DNA from: Bugula neritina
Taxonomy: Eukaryota > Animalia > Bryozoa
NCBI GenBank assembly: GCA_964035545.1
Contig: OZ037772.1
Location: 10,414,818 to 10,478,817, forward strand
Direction of reading: 5' to 3'
Length of the DNA stretch: 64,000 nt
Shown here: positions 1 through 12,972 of the stretch, piece by piece
Numbering within the stretch: the stretch's first letter is position 1
Layout of the letters: each line of letters begins with the position of its first letter
Made by a program: the position numbers and the translations under genes
The notes under the pieces: generated by a model
Told to the model about the DNA's origin: nothing
Databases searched by the model: none
What the model saw: only the letters and a program-made list of their open reading frames with translations

Positions 1-286
1 TTCTTGGCCTATTGAATGATTCATTCTCCTTTGTCTATTTTTCTTTTGTTACTGTCAAGCTTAACTTTCTTTTGTCTGTTGGAACATTCTAGATGTGAAT
101 TCTTGTGTATAAAAGCAGGCGAGTTTCCAGTGTAGAGTCAGACTACTACTGGAGCTCGCTGGTAGTAGGACCACATAAGCTGTATTTGATACAATAAAGG
201 TTATCCTCATTTGTACTCAAATACTTGGCTTATTCTTTCTAGAGCATGTAGGCACTAGTTGCATTCAGAACCCACAGTTTACTACA
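1..286 (+). mobile_element. Probable 3' end of an LTR (solo or 3' LTR), truncated by the window edge
   Basis: TATAAAAG at 108-115, AATAAA at 193-198, ends ...TTTACTACA at 286, a typical LTR terminus. No PBS (TGG) follows. The 5' end is not visible. Confidence 0.4.
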
Positions 287-473
287 ATAAGCGTTTACCC
301 AGTATAATTGAAATATAATATACTTTACGAATGTGATGCAGTGACTCACTTTGGAAACGTGACTCGGGTATGACTTAGGAATGTTCTAGAAAAAAAATGC
401 AAGACTGTTTATTAAAACAATAAATGAAAAAAAATGGAAAAATAAATATAGACTGAGAGTAGTTTATATATAC

Positions 474-616
474 TCACGGCTGTGGTGCGGGCTCACACAG
501 GCACATTGGGCACCCCGTCCCGGAACATGTTTCACACAGAAGTCCTGGAGCTGGTGGCTGTGGTGGGCACACACAAGCTCCATGGCAGTCGTTTGCAGCA
601 CATGTTGAGCAGAAAT
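474..616 (-). CDS. Cys/Pro-rich exon encoding two CxxC-x4-C-x2/3-CxC-PxP modules; product unknown (metallothionein-like or small disulfide peptide)
   Basis: GC-richer island translating as (x)FCSTCAANDCHGACVCPPQPPAPGLLCETCSGTGCPMCLCEPAPQP. Acceptor ttttag at 617-618. Ends at TGA 476-474 or at an overlapping GTGAGTA donor at 477. A possible upstream exon near 1195-1237 reads MAFKYDKLACGFSA with a phase-compatible GTAAGT donor. Confidence 0.5.
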
Positions 617-1874
617 CTAAAATATACAGCCTGGGAATGAGTTGCTGCGGTGACAATTGCTAATAAAATAACATGAAATCAAATTATGGCTACGGTAAAT
701 ATTACCAACAGCTATAGGCTAATAACTCTTAGCTAGTTTTAAAAAGCTGTTAAAATATGGAGATCAAACTATAAATGTGGTTCAAACAGTCACTATACAC
801 AAGATATAGCACACCTTTCTCAATGTTGTGAGTGTAACAGTGTTGTATATATAATATTATATACTAAAGATGCTTTTAAAGTAAACTTAAAAATTTTAAC
901 AAACTGCACTGAATAGTATTTAGCAAAAAATTTGCCTAAAGTTTACAGCTTGAGAAAAAAATCAATAATTTCACATCCTTAATAGTTATATGGACTGGTG
1001 AAAAAGGATCATTCTTCTCAAGAACTGCGTAAATATTTCAATTTGTAAAGCAGTAAATTATACTGATTACAAATATTGATAGTTTTAGGTGTAAACTTCA
1101 TTAACAACTTTGTATGTTGTTTTTCATGTGATAGAATAGACAACTCCCTGCTCATTGAGTAAGGAATCCCAGCTATAATATGATGGTTACTTACGAGCAC
1201 TGAATCCACAAGCCAACTTGTCGTACTTGAACGCCATGCTCTCTCATGCAAGTTGTTTTATTTCAACTTATTTTGCTTTTCTAGATTAATTAAATATTAA
1301 ATTAAAATTATTTCTATTGCATAATGAATTATATATATAAGTACATGAAACTAGATAGATAAATATTTTATGAAGATTTTAGTTCTCATCTTAAAAAGCA
1401 AGCAACACAGCCAGTATTTTGGATAAAAAAACATGTTTTTTTATTTTATTATAAAAAATTAAAAGCTTTACAATAAAAATTAAACCTAATTTCATAATTG
1501 CTTCTGTTTTAAATTCATTGTGTATATAAGCATTTTATTATATTTCATATCATAAAACTTTATATCAATTTGAGCAATTCTTTTAGTAGTAAAATCTTAC
1601 TTGTTGATCATGAAAATGTTAGGAATCTAGACTATAGCCAGACCAGCTGCTTTCTTTAATTGTTATTACTTTGATTATTATTTGTATTTTATTGTTATTA
1701 GTAACCATTGTTGGTACTGGCTGTATTAAAATAGCAAAAATTCCTGACATAATTTCAAAAACGAATGAAAGATAAACAATTCATTTGAAAAATTTGCAAT
1801 AAATTTCTGAAAAGTTAACTGTGCATTTGTGGGTGCGTGCGTGTACATGTATATATTTTATTTCTTTACTTTGC

Positions 1875-2285
1875 ATAATCAATAGTTTCAAATTAAATTT
1901 TACACTTTAGTTTCCTCTAAATTTAATAACTTGAGGCTTGCAATCAATTTTCTAATATATATTATAACCATCAAATGGACCCACAGATTGCTTGTATGTT
2001 GGAAATAGGTTTAAGAAACTCTGAAGGAAAATAACAATCAACAGATTCTATTTTATATATTATATTATATATATTATAAATATATTAATTTCCTTTACTC
2101 TACATACAGAATCAATAATTTCAAATTAAATTTTAAATTAGTTTCTATTTTAATTTAATAACTTGCTGCTTGCAACCAATTTTCTAATCTAACTATCAAT
2201 GAGACCCACAGACTATACTTGTATATTGAATAGGTTTAATAAACCGCATACAGAAACAATCAACTATAAGTTTTATTTTATATTC
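1875..2285 (+). repeat. Degenerate local tandem duplication (about 200-230 bp x2) upstream of lectin gene A
   Basis: Blocks such as tttcaaattaaatttt, tttaataacttg, gcttgcaa(t/c)caattttctaat, gacccacaga and aataggtttaa recur in the same order at about 1880-2060 and 2110-2285. Confidence 0.6.
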
Positions 2286-2411
2286 ACCAATTTGGTAATC
2301 AATAATCTTATATTCCAATGTTGCTAGATAATTATCACTGCATGGTCACTTTAAACACACCCTGACAGCGGTCCTGTTGGTGGTTCTGTCTCTGTCAGCA
2401 GTCTTTTGAAT

Positions 2412-4892
2412 ATGAATATTCCATCTGCTTTGATTTGGTTTACAGGTATATATATACTATATTTACATATTTTACTCTAAATTTATTACCTAAATTATAT
2501 TTGATATTTTATTATTGCCTAAAATATTAATTGATTGCTATAGCTGAAAAGCTAAGTTTAATTAAATATTTTGTTTTACAGAATAGAAACAACAGCTATT
2601 TCTTAATTATTCTGGTCAGCCTATAACCAGTGATTGTTATACACTTAGTTTATTATTATAATCAATAATATTTATTTATAATAAATATATATATATATAT
2701 ATATGTTACTGTCTGTTGAGTTTATTCTTATTTTATTTACTAATTTATATATTTATATTTTATTATTGCTTTGAAATGTTGATTGGTTGTCATAATTGAA
2801 AAATAGATTTAATTATATATTGTGTTTTGTTGAATATAAGCAAAAGCTTTTTTTTTCTTCACACTTTTTGAATTATTACGATTGCTGATAATTAATATAC
2901 TTACAACAATTTTGATATAGCTTAGAAACACTTTTAGGAACTTTTAACTGCGAATGTTAATAAAATTCTAGAATGTAACAAATATACATACTATTATAGA
3001 GTTTATAATATATTTTTTATAAACTACTTCAAGGTATAGCTATTATAGGTTTAAGTGTTGGTTCATTAATCTCTAACCATGCATTACCAAAGTACAATAA
3101 CATAGTTTAGTTCCTGGTAATAATTTCTAAAATAATTTATTATACATGCTCAACTTGATTCATTTTATTTTGTAGTTGTAGTGCACCTGGTAGCACCTGT
3201 TGATTGCCAATGTACCAGTAGCATTGACAGATTCAGAAGATACAGTGTACCAGAGAACATGTCAGTCACAGATCATATGACAGGTGAAGCAATGTTCAGT
3301 CCAGTGGCTGAAATCTGTCTTCTAAAATATACAGAAGACAAAACATGTCTTGGAATGGTTTATGATGTCATAGAGAAAAGATGTTTCCTGAAGGAATGTG
3401 TGAATCCCCATCTGTTTACCAAGTGGAAAGGATCGAAATCTGACTATTCTATTCAGATTTCCCAGAGAGCCAATGTGCAGCCAAATAAGCTGCTAGCAAG
3501 AGGTGAAAATATTGTTAAACAATGAGATCACTATATAGAATATACAAACCCTGGTATATAATTCCTAGCTATAATAGTTGAAAAAATATATTAGAAAAAA
3601 TTCCTCTAAACTGACATATTATAATAAAATTGCTATTTTTGCTTATTTCACACCGAATTCCAACTGATAATTTAAATGTTAGCGCAAAATGATTTTGAAA
3701 CATCTTTTTTTAGGAAAACCTGCAGAGCTTTCAAGTGAGTACATTGACGCCCATGACTCTGGTTATTCTTACGAAGCTCAAAAAGCAGTGGATGGCATTT
3801 ACATTGATAGTGCAGGTTATTACGGATCTATGGCACACAGTGAGAAAGAATTCAGACCCTGGTGGAGGGTGGATCTGGTTGATGTTTACTGTGTCTGGGC
3901 TGTCAACATTCTCAACAGAGCAACAAGTAAGTAGCAACTTTTTAATAAACACCTGCAGTTAATCTTATCTATATATCGGTAATAAAGACTGTTGTTATGT
4001 GAGGAATTGTGTCGTAAATAAAGTTGTTTTCACACAAACAAGGTTGCATATATAAGGCATATTTTATTTTTGTTCATTATAATTTTCCGCATCTACTTTT
4101 TTCAATTTCAAATTCATTTGCTATATTAAATTCTTTTTATTTTTATTTACTACATTTGCTATATATATGCATGCTTTTATTTTTATCTAACTGCATGATT
4201 TAGGTTTGAAAACCATCATTATTAATAAAGACACTATATAGAAAGTAAATGGTTACATTATTTTGAGTTGATTATCAATCATTTTATAGTATAATATTAT
4301 ATTGTAAATCCATTATTAATCAAACACTAGTTCTAGTGAAAGATGTATCTTACCTCTCATGCTTTTTTAATATATATGCTTAAACTGCGCTAAAACAGTG
4401 TTAGCTTCTCCTAAAATTATAAATATTTTCAGAGAATAAAATTTTACATCTTATATATAGTAAGAATTATATAAACACATCAGTGGTAGTCTACAGTCAT
4501 ATATTCGTTTGCAAGAGTATAAAATATGCAAATCATCTTTCAATTTATAATTTATAAATTAATTTCTAACTTTCAGTTACAACTGTATAAAGATGTTAAT
4601 TTGCCTGCTTTCTAAAAATAACTGCTTATATCTTTATCAAATTTGAATTTCTAACTCTTTAGTGCGCTGGGAAAGGGCAGTGAATGTTGAAGTTACAGTT
4701 GCTATGACAGAAAAAGAAATAGAATTTACTGGAACAAATCCTGAAATCCTGTGCTACTACCATGAAGGAGTTCTTAACCGATACTACACTCTGGTTACTT
4801 GTACACAACCAATCAGAGGCCGTTTTGTTCAGATTTTGTTTAATGATACAACAAGTTTGAATATTTTTGAAGTTGAGGTTCATGGAATTTGA
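2412..4892 (+). CDS. Secreted PAN/apple + F-type lectin (fucolectin/FTP) domain protein, paralog A
   Basis: Exons 2412-2445 (MNIPSALIWFT), 3182-3502 (PAN, one Cys changed to Tyr), 3714-3926 (KAVDG, AHS..PWWRVDL..LNR) and 4663-4892 (GRFVQI..EVEV). All introns are phase 1 GT-AG. The H-x26-R F-type lectin spacing is exact. Confidence 0.85.
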
Positions 4893-5979
4893 TAATTCAA
4901 CTGCATTGATTTCACATAAATTTTATGTTGTCGGAACTATACAAGGCCAATGTTAAGATTACTGCTTTAGAGTTACTGTGCTGTAGTGGTTTCATTTTAT
5001 TTACTTTAGCTCAAGATACAAAGCTTGAGTGTGTATTTGTACAATTTGATTATTATATGTATTTTTTTCTGTTTTGTTTAGGCTTACCATGTTTTAGAAG
5101 TAAATTTTATTCTAAAGTTGTGGTTAATATTCTCAATTAATTGTTGTTATCACCTTGAAAATCTAACAATAAAGAGTTGATGACTCAACAGGCAAGGTTT
5201 GAAGAAGCAATTAAGCCAACACATAAAAGCAGTAATGGCATTAATTAAAGCTTCAGCTTTGATCTCGCTTGATTCTCACATCTGCATACTGACATTTGAT
5301 TCTTGTTTGAGTATATAGCTAAACAGTTTCTTGAGCTGTTAATATGCCTATAACTTATTGTAAAAACTACTCCCCCTGCAACAAATAAAGTAGCCTGCTC
5401 CAACCTGCTACTTCTTTTACAGTACTATATATAGACGATTATAATTATTTCAAACTATTACAGCAAAAACATTCTAACTATGGTGGAAACTTGTTTGTAA
5501 GAGTTGTGGGTTCACAGTTTTATTTTATATATACAAATATGGATCCTAGTATAATTTATATTATGCTTTCGTTATCCTAAGCAAATGGTGGCTAAAAGCT
5601 CATTAAACTTTATAAATCAAAGTAAAAGCTATCAGTATAAATGAACTCATTGAAACCCCACCGTTTATATTAAACTCCTTATAATCAAAATTTCTTGCAT
5701 GTAATTAACTAAAGATGAACGCTTGATGTTTGAAATCGATACTCTAGCATATGGTTTTGTAGAAATTATACACATTAAACAAATTTTTGACAAGTTTGAT
5801 AAACTTTGAAAAAACAAAAGCAGCTTCTTTTATCTATGTTTCATTAACTTAAGATGATCAGTGACGATATATATAGTATAGCACATTTGTATATGTTAAA
5901 AATTTAACAAAAGTCACTGTTCATTCGAGTGTTTTCGTTTACCCTAGTAGCTGGTATATCTTGCCATCAACCTTTCAGA

Positions 5980-6825
5980 ATGAGAATTTGTTCGGCTTTG
6001 TCTCGGTTTGCAGATTTGTATATGATGTGTTTATCATATTTTGCTCAATGCATTGTCAGTTTACCTTCACATTATATTCATTTTTTCATTGTTCAAATAA
6101 TCTTTTGGTCAATGTTGATTGAGCATGCTAACAAAATTTTAGCCTCTTTTTTACATAATTAGAAAATTTGAAACAGAATTCTGGTAGCGGTATGTATAGT
6201 AATGATCTTTTACATCTGTTTGGCAAGGCTTGCTGGTAAACAGCTGCCAATTAGCTAAAGGTCTGAATAAATTTTCTCAAATTATCTTTAACTTCAATAG
6301 ATAATAATTTGTATTTACATAAATATAATTTATTATTGTGGCATTGATGAAAAAATAATTTTAGTGTGACTCAGAATTTCAGTGACTATTATAATAAACC
6401 CTAAATCCATAATAAGTCAGATGCCCAATTTATTACTTTTTTAAATGCAGACGTACTAATATCTTTATTACTTGCTCATGCTTGATCTTAATTTTTAGTT
6501 GTAGTGCACCTGCTAGCACCTGTTGATAGCCAATGTACCAGCCGCATTGACAGATTCAGAAGATACAGTGTACCAGAGAACATGTCAGTCACAGGTCATA
6601 TGACAGGTGAATCAATGTTCAGTCAAGTGGCTGAAATCTGTCTGCTGAAATGTACAGAAGACAAGAAATGTCTGGGAATGGTTTATGATGTCATAGAAAA
6701 AAGATGTTTTCTGAAGGAATGTGTAAACCCCCATCTGTTCACAGAGTGGAAAGGATCGAAATCTGACTATTCTATTCAGATTTCCCAGAGAGCCAACATG
6801 CAGCCAGATAAGCTGCTTGCAAGAG
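5980..6825 (+). pseudogene. Truncated PAN-FTL paralog B (signal exon + PAN exon only)
   Basis: Exon 1 (5980-6013) is homologous to paralog C exon 1, but its donor reads AT instead of GT (cag|atttgt versus cag|gtatgt). The PAN exon 6505-6825 is intact and nearly identical to C. No lectin exons occur before paralog C begins. The duplication offset is about 1.83 kb. Confidence 0.7.
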
Positions 6826-7786
6826 GTAAGTAATATGTTATAAAATATTATATATTAGCTTATAGAAAAATAAAAAATTCTACCTGAAATTCAAAATTAA
6901 TTTAGAAATCACAAAAATTCAGCTCAAAAAAACAAAACAGATTGACACAAAAGCCTTTTCATTTTATTGTTATAACATTTGTATTTTGGTGACATAAAGT
7001 TCAAACTTTCCAACAATTGCGCGGCACTATAGACATAGGCTTAAAGAAAAATCTGAGAAGACTACAGTAAAAATCAGAGGTTAGAGTAATGCTAAAAAGG
7101 TAACTAATGAAAAACGCCAAACGCGAAGTAATAATTAATGTCAGATATTAAACAGTAAGGAAGACATTGGGAGAGTGTCAGCAACGGAGTGGAAAAAACA
7201 CTATATGCATGTCTAAAAAGTATACGGATTTGTATTCATTTGTAACCTGTCAAATGTATGTATATATGCCTTATACAATTTTACTTTAAAATATTATAGC
7301 CTTAAAATATATGCTTATATAGAAACTTGATTATAGAATTTAATAGTAGGTTCATAATTTTTTATGTTTATATAAAAACAAACACCACAAAATATAATGC
7401 ATGCTTTCGTCATTCTAAGTTAAAATTGGCTGAAATTATATAGACTGCATTCTAATCAAAGTGAAAGCTATTAGTATAAGTGAATTCCAGTTTCTTCTAA
7501 AAGAGAACTTTTCCATGTAATTAACTACAGATCGATACTTGATGTTGGAAATCAATAATTTAACATATAACGCTTTTGTAGACATCTCATATTAACTAAA
7601 TGTTAGACAAGTTTAACAAACTTTGAAATACAGAAAAAGCTTATTTTAGTTATGTTTCATTAACATGATAATCAATAATGATATTCTGCGTTTGTATATT
7701 ATATTGAGAATTCACCAAAAGTTGCTGTTCATTGGAGTGATTTACGTTGCTAGCTTATATAGTAGCTATAGCATCAACCTTTAAGA

Positions 7787-10290
7787 ATGAGAACTGTTTC
7801 GGCTTTGTTTTGGTTTGCAGGTATGTTATATGTGTGGTTTTATTATTAATTCTCTTCAAGGCGTAGTCAGGTATAATTAATGTCATATTATTTTCCTTTT
7901 TTTATTGTTCAAATAGCCTTTTGTTTAATGTTGATTGAGCATATGCTAGCAGAATTTCAGCCTTTTTTTTACAATTAACACCTTTAAACACATTTTCAGC
8001 AGCAATCTAAATATTATTTATCTTTTTAATTACATATGTTATTGGCAAAACTTCCTATAATTATAGTATATAACACTATAAGCAATTAGCTTATATCATG
8101 AGTAAATATTCTTCAATTATTATTATTGATTTAATGAATAATAAAGATATGTAAATGCAGTCAGTATTTTTCCATTTTGGCATAAATGAAAGCACTATTT
8201 TAGTATAAATCAAAGTTTCAGTAATTATTATACCCCTAAATCCATGAGTTCATGCAGGTGCAAAATTTACTTTTATTTAAAAATTAGTAAAAGATTTTAG
8301 CTTGCTTTAATGCATGCATGCTGATTTTTAGTTGTAGTGCACCTGGTAGCACCTGCTAATAGTCAATGTACCAGCCGCATAATTGACAGATTCAGAAGAT
8401 ACAGTGTACCAGAGAACATGTCAGTCACAGATCATATGACAGGTGAATCAATGTTCAGTCAAGTGGCTGAAATCTGTCTGCTGAAATGTACAGAAGACAA
8501 GAAATGTCTGGGAATGGTTTATGATGTCATAGAGAAAAGATGTTTCCTGAAGGAATGTGTAAACCCCCATCTGTTCACAGAGTGGAAAGGATCGAAATCT
8601 GACTATTCTATTCAGATTTCCCAAAGAGCCAACGTGCAGCCAAATAAGCTGCTTGCAAGAGGTATATATATGTTTTAAAATGATAAGAATATTTTTTATA
8701 GAAAATAAAAAATTCCACCTGACAACCAAAATTAATTCAAAAGCCACAAAAAGTTCAGCTCAAAAGACATTGCAGATTGACACAAAAGTATTATCATTTT
8801 GATTGTTATATAATCTCTATGTTTTCTAATATTGAATTGGGCATTTCTGGTGAAATAATGTTGAGGCACTAGGCTTATACAGAAAACTAAATTGAAATGA
8901 TTGTTAAAGATTGGAGAAGTTATATATTAGATAGTGAAGCGCCCCTTCCATATCTCCCTAAGATACGCCAAAACCTTGATTCTTCACTCACATAATAGAA
9001 TATACCAGATTTAAATTCGGCTATTTTAGCTATAATGCATGCACATATAGGCTACATAGGCGTGTACTGTATACGCATACAGGCTATTTAACAACTTCTG
9101 GCCTTGTAACCTAAACTTGTGAACTTTTACACGGTTGTATTTCACCTTTAAGTTACTAACAAAACAACACACTCCACGATGCATGCACCTCCCCATCATT
9201 TACCCAAGAGGTAGCTTTTCTAATCAACACATATAATAAGGAAATAAAGAAATATTAATTAATTCACACCTTTCACACTCTTTGCTCCCTTCGTCTTTTT
9301 TAGGTAAACCTGCTAAACTTTCAACCGAGTACGTTGAGAAGAACAGCGAATACTCGTTTGGAGCTGATAAAGCTGTTGATGGCATTTACATTAGCAAAAG
9401 ATTTCGTGAATCAACAGCCCACAGTCTCTCAGAATATAGACCCTGGTGGAGGGTGGATCTGGTTGATGTTTACTGTGTCTGGGCTGTCAACATTCTTAAC
9501 AGAGCAAGAAGTAAGTGGCAAACTGTTACTATGCAGCTATTGTGCATTTTTATGCCTCGATTCTCTTCAAACATTTTAAAAGCTCTAATTTCTTAACTGC
9601 ATGCAAAAAGTTTGGTAGATATATTATAAACACTTTTGACATTTAAAATTTAAAGACTTTTTTTCTCGTTTTTGCCTAAATTTTTGTATAACTCAATATT
9701 ATGTATATACTATTATGTTGAGTAGAGATTTTTATTCATCTATGAACTAACTTCCTAACAATCTATCAATGCATGGTTAACATAGCTATATAGGAGCTTT
9801 TTGTTTTGATATTTCTTAACTGCTTAAAAACTTGTATTTTAGGCATTATATAGAGCTATACTGCATCTCCTGTTATTATTTTTACATCAGTTACGTTTCT
9901 TGATTGGCTGTGTGTTTGGTGGTGCTCCAAAGTGTCCGATCCTGAGCCCAGAACTTACCAGTACACCATTTAAAATTTCCAATTAACTCGTATATTTGTA
10001 TACTCTTTTTTTCTATGCTAATTATATTCAATGAACAATGTGCTCGTCTTACTTAATTAGGATTTTGGCAAAGATCATTGAATGCTGAGGTTACAGTTGC
10101 TATGACAGAGGACAAGATAGAATTTACTGGAACAAACCCTAAAGTACAGTGTTACTACCATGATGGAGTTCTTGACCAATTCTACACCCTGGCTACTTGT
10201 AAACAACCAATCAGAGGTCGCTTTGTTCAGATTCTTCTTAATGCTGAAACAGTTTTGAATCTTTATGAAGTGGAGGTATTTGGAGTGTAA
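7787..10290 (+). CDS. Secreted PAN/apple + F-type lectin domain protein, paralog C
   Basis: Exons 7787-7820 (MRTVSALFWFA), 8338-8661, 9304-9510 and 10061-10290. Phase-1 introns, open frame, same motifs as A. Confidence 0.85.
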
Positions 10291-11659
10291 TTTTTTAATA
10301 ATTCGCTTTACTTAAAGAATCCCTGACACACTTTACTAAATGCAGTGCTAAAATTTTCTTATATATGTTAGTTTTCATTTACATACTGTTTTAAGGTTGG
10401 ATGTTTATAAACAATTTTGTTTCATAATGAATTTTGTGTGAGTATATTGTATTGAAATGGTTTGGGATTTCTGATCGCCTGAAAACGGAATTTTCTGTTG
10501 GTTTTGACTTTACTGTTACCATAAAACTTATACTAATTATAGCTAACTTTCATTGCATGCTATTGTTAGCTGCGGCACTGTACAGCATAATCACTGATAT
10601 GGCTTGAAAGTTCAAAGTTTAAACTTGCAAAATGTAAATGTATGTAAATGAAAACTAACATATTATATAAGAATATTTTAGTACTGCATAAGTGAAGTGT
10701 GTAAGTGATTCTTTAAATAGCTCTCGCTGCCGTACAGGATATTTGACAAAGAACACTTTTATTTATTTATTTTGTAATGTTTTGTTCTTTTAGTTACATT
10801 GCACAGAATCTGTTTTTATGGTCGTTAACTTATACTATAATCGGAATTGTCTGCTCAGGTGTTGCTCTAACTGGTTAAGTTGCTGCTGAGTTTTTTGTGA
10901 TGTGTTTCTTGTTTTTTCAGTGATATAATGTTTGCTGTGCTGGTCAAAATACCACCTATAGAATATGATAGCAGCTAGTGAGAGTTTTCACTTTGATTTG
11001 TGTTTTTGCTTGAATTGATTGATGTCTGCATTGGTAATAAAATTGAACTTAGTTCAAACTCTGTTGATTTATTGCTATGCATATAGTCATGTTATGGCCT
11101 TTAGTAGCCACAATTAGTTATATATGAACAGGTATTGAAGAAATGTAAAAATATTATACATGCAGTCTACAACAGCGAATGATTGGCAGTGGTGTGATAC
11201 AACATATACCTAGTTTCAAATATTTGTGAATGAATTGAAATTTTTCGCAATACCGTATTTCATATAGATTGCTGGTTTAAATAACTCAGAAGACAAATAA
11301 ATAAGCAACCTTATATAATACTCTATAAATAACAAGTCCAAAAATATTGGTTCATAATAACAAGTGCACTGTTTATAAGTGAGAAAACACTGCACATGGC
11401 TCTTTCTTTTTTCTACAAGCTTAGTTAATCATTTATTTCAGCTAATTAGTTTTATTCCTGTATTAAAAGCTTTCCATATTTTTGAAAAATCGTCATTACT
11501 TACATAAGGTTGGCTATAGCTGTATTATATTTCATTGACTATAAATTTACATAAAACTATATAGAATAATAAATTCTGACCATAATTTCATAGTAATGAC
11601 AACATGAAGTTCTGTGAATTAAGCTATAAACAAAACTTGGAAAATACAGCTGCATTAGT

Positions 11660-11840
11660 ATATTATGGGTGTGCATGTTGTTTATTGGTATTGTGTATAG
11701 TATGTGTGTATTATTTATTGGTGTTGTGTATAGCATGTGTGTATTATTTATTGGTATTGTGTACAGCATGTGTGTATTATCTATTGTTGTTGTGTATAGC
11801 ATGTATATTAGTTATTGACATTGTGTATTATAGCATGTAT
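11660..11840. repeat. About 33-bp minisatellite (tattatttattggtattgtgtatagcatgtgtg)n
   Basis: Four to five degenerate tandem units; these explain the spurious ORFs 11557-11802 and 11604-11909. Confidence 0.75.
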
Positions 11841-12290
11841 GTACTAGTTATTGCAATCATTGTTAATTACTTGCAGAAAGTCTTCAAGCAAGTGTTTCAC
11901 AAATATTGATTTGTAAGCACTTCAACTGTAATTAATATATCTAAGTGCTATATAATATATAGAACTTATATATATGAATTGCACTTCAATAGAAATAAGC
12001 AGTAGTGGTCTAGTATATTGAACAATGAAAGATGGTGCACTGGATCACAGGTGTGAATCCCAACAGAGAGAGGGAAACACCATTAGTGATGTCAGAGACA
12101 AAACTGCTTTTTCTGTGTCACAACATTAATTGGCAGTTGTCAAAACTGGCATATATCTTGATATAGTCAACATTGTTGTCTGATCTCCTGATGATAAGAG
12201 TAAGAGTGAATGACTTTTTTCTATTTTGGGACAGGACAAGCTGCATATATATTTATATGTTATAATCGCTATTCTTGTAAGAGCCCAGGG

Positions 12291-12291
<1 letters not shown>

Positions 12292-12380
<89 letters not shown>

Positions 12381-12503
12381 TATATAATTTCTTGATGTAA
12401 AAATTTAAATTTGTCAATATTGTGCCTGAGGAGTGCCAAAGAGGCATGAAACTATTAGTAGTACAATAAAACAACATCTATATAATTAAATTGCTCTTTT
12501 CCT

Positions 12504-12559
<56 letters not shown>

Positions 12560-12570
12560 TATATATATAG
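12292..12570. repeat. Two (TA)n microsatellites at the convergence point of the lectin cluster
   Basis: (TA)n at about 12292-12388 and 12508-12569. Confidence 0.95.
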
Positions 12571-12972
12571 TTGTATAAGCAACTCATAATTGCTTCTATT
12601 GTAGCAAAAAAGAACTTATGTGCGATTGCTGCAGCTTGTAGCGTTATAACTAGAGTTTACTGAGATTCAAATTATGGGTCCTCGGTTGTTAAGACGGGTT
12701 TTGGTTCAGATATTTATATATTTGAAATAATTGCATATTTTAAATATAGTCATGTGATTTATTGATTGCTTCATATGAATAATACTGTTTTTATTAAATT
12801 GAAAGAGGTAATACATTTACAAATAACTTTGCTTCTATTAGTTTCAGTTTATAGATTATATGATAGGCAGCATATAGCATTATAGGCAATGGTTAAGCGA
12901 TATAAGTTTTTCAACCATGCAGGGAAGAATTTAAATAACAAAAGTTTTACTCTATAATAAATATTAAAACTT

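Noticed and set aside
3735-3962. Overlapping alternative-frame ORF ([19 protein letters not shown]) repeated in several lectin paralogs
   Set aside because: It is a by-product of the identical 59-bp block; its starts and stops are not conserved between copies.
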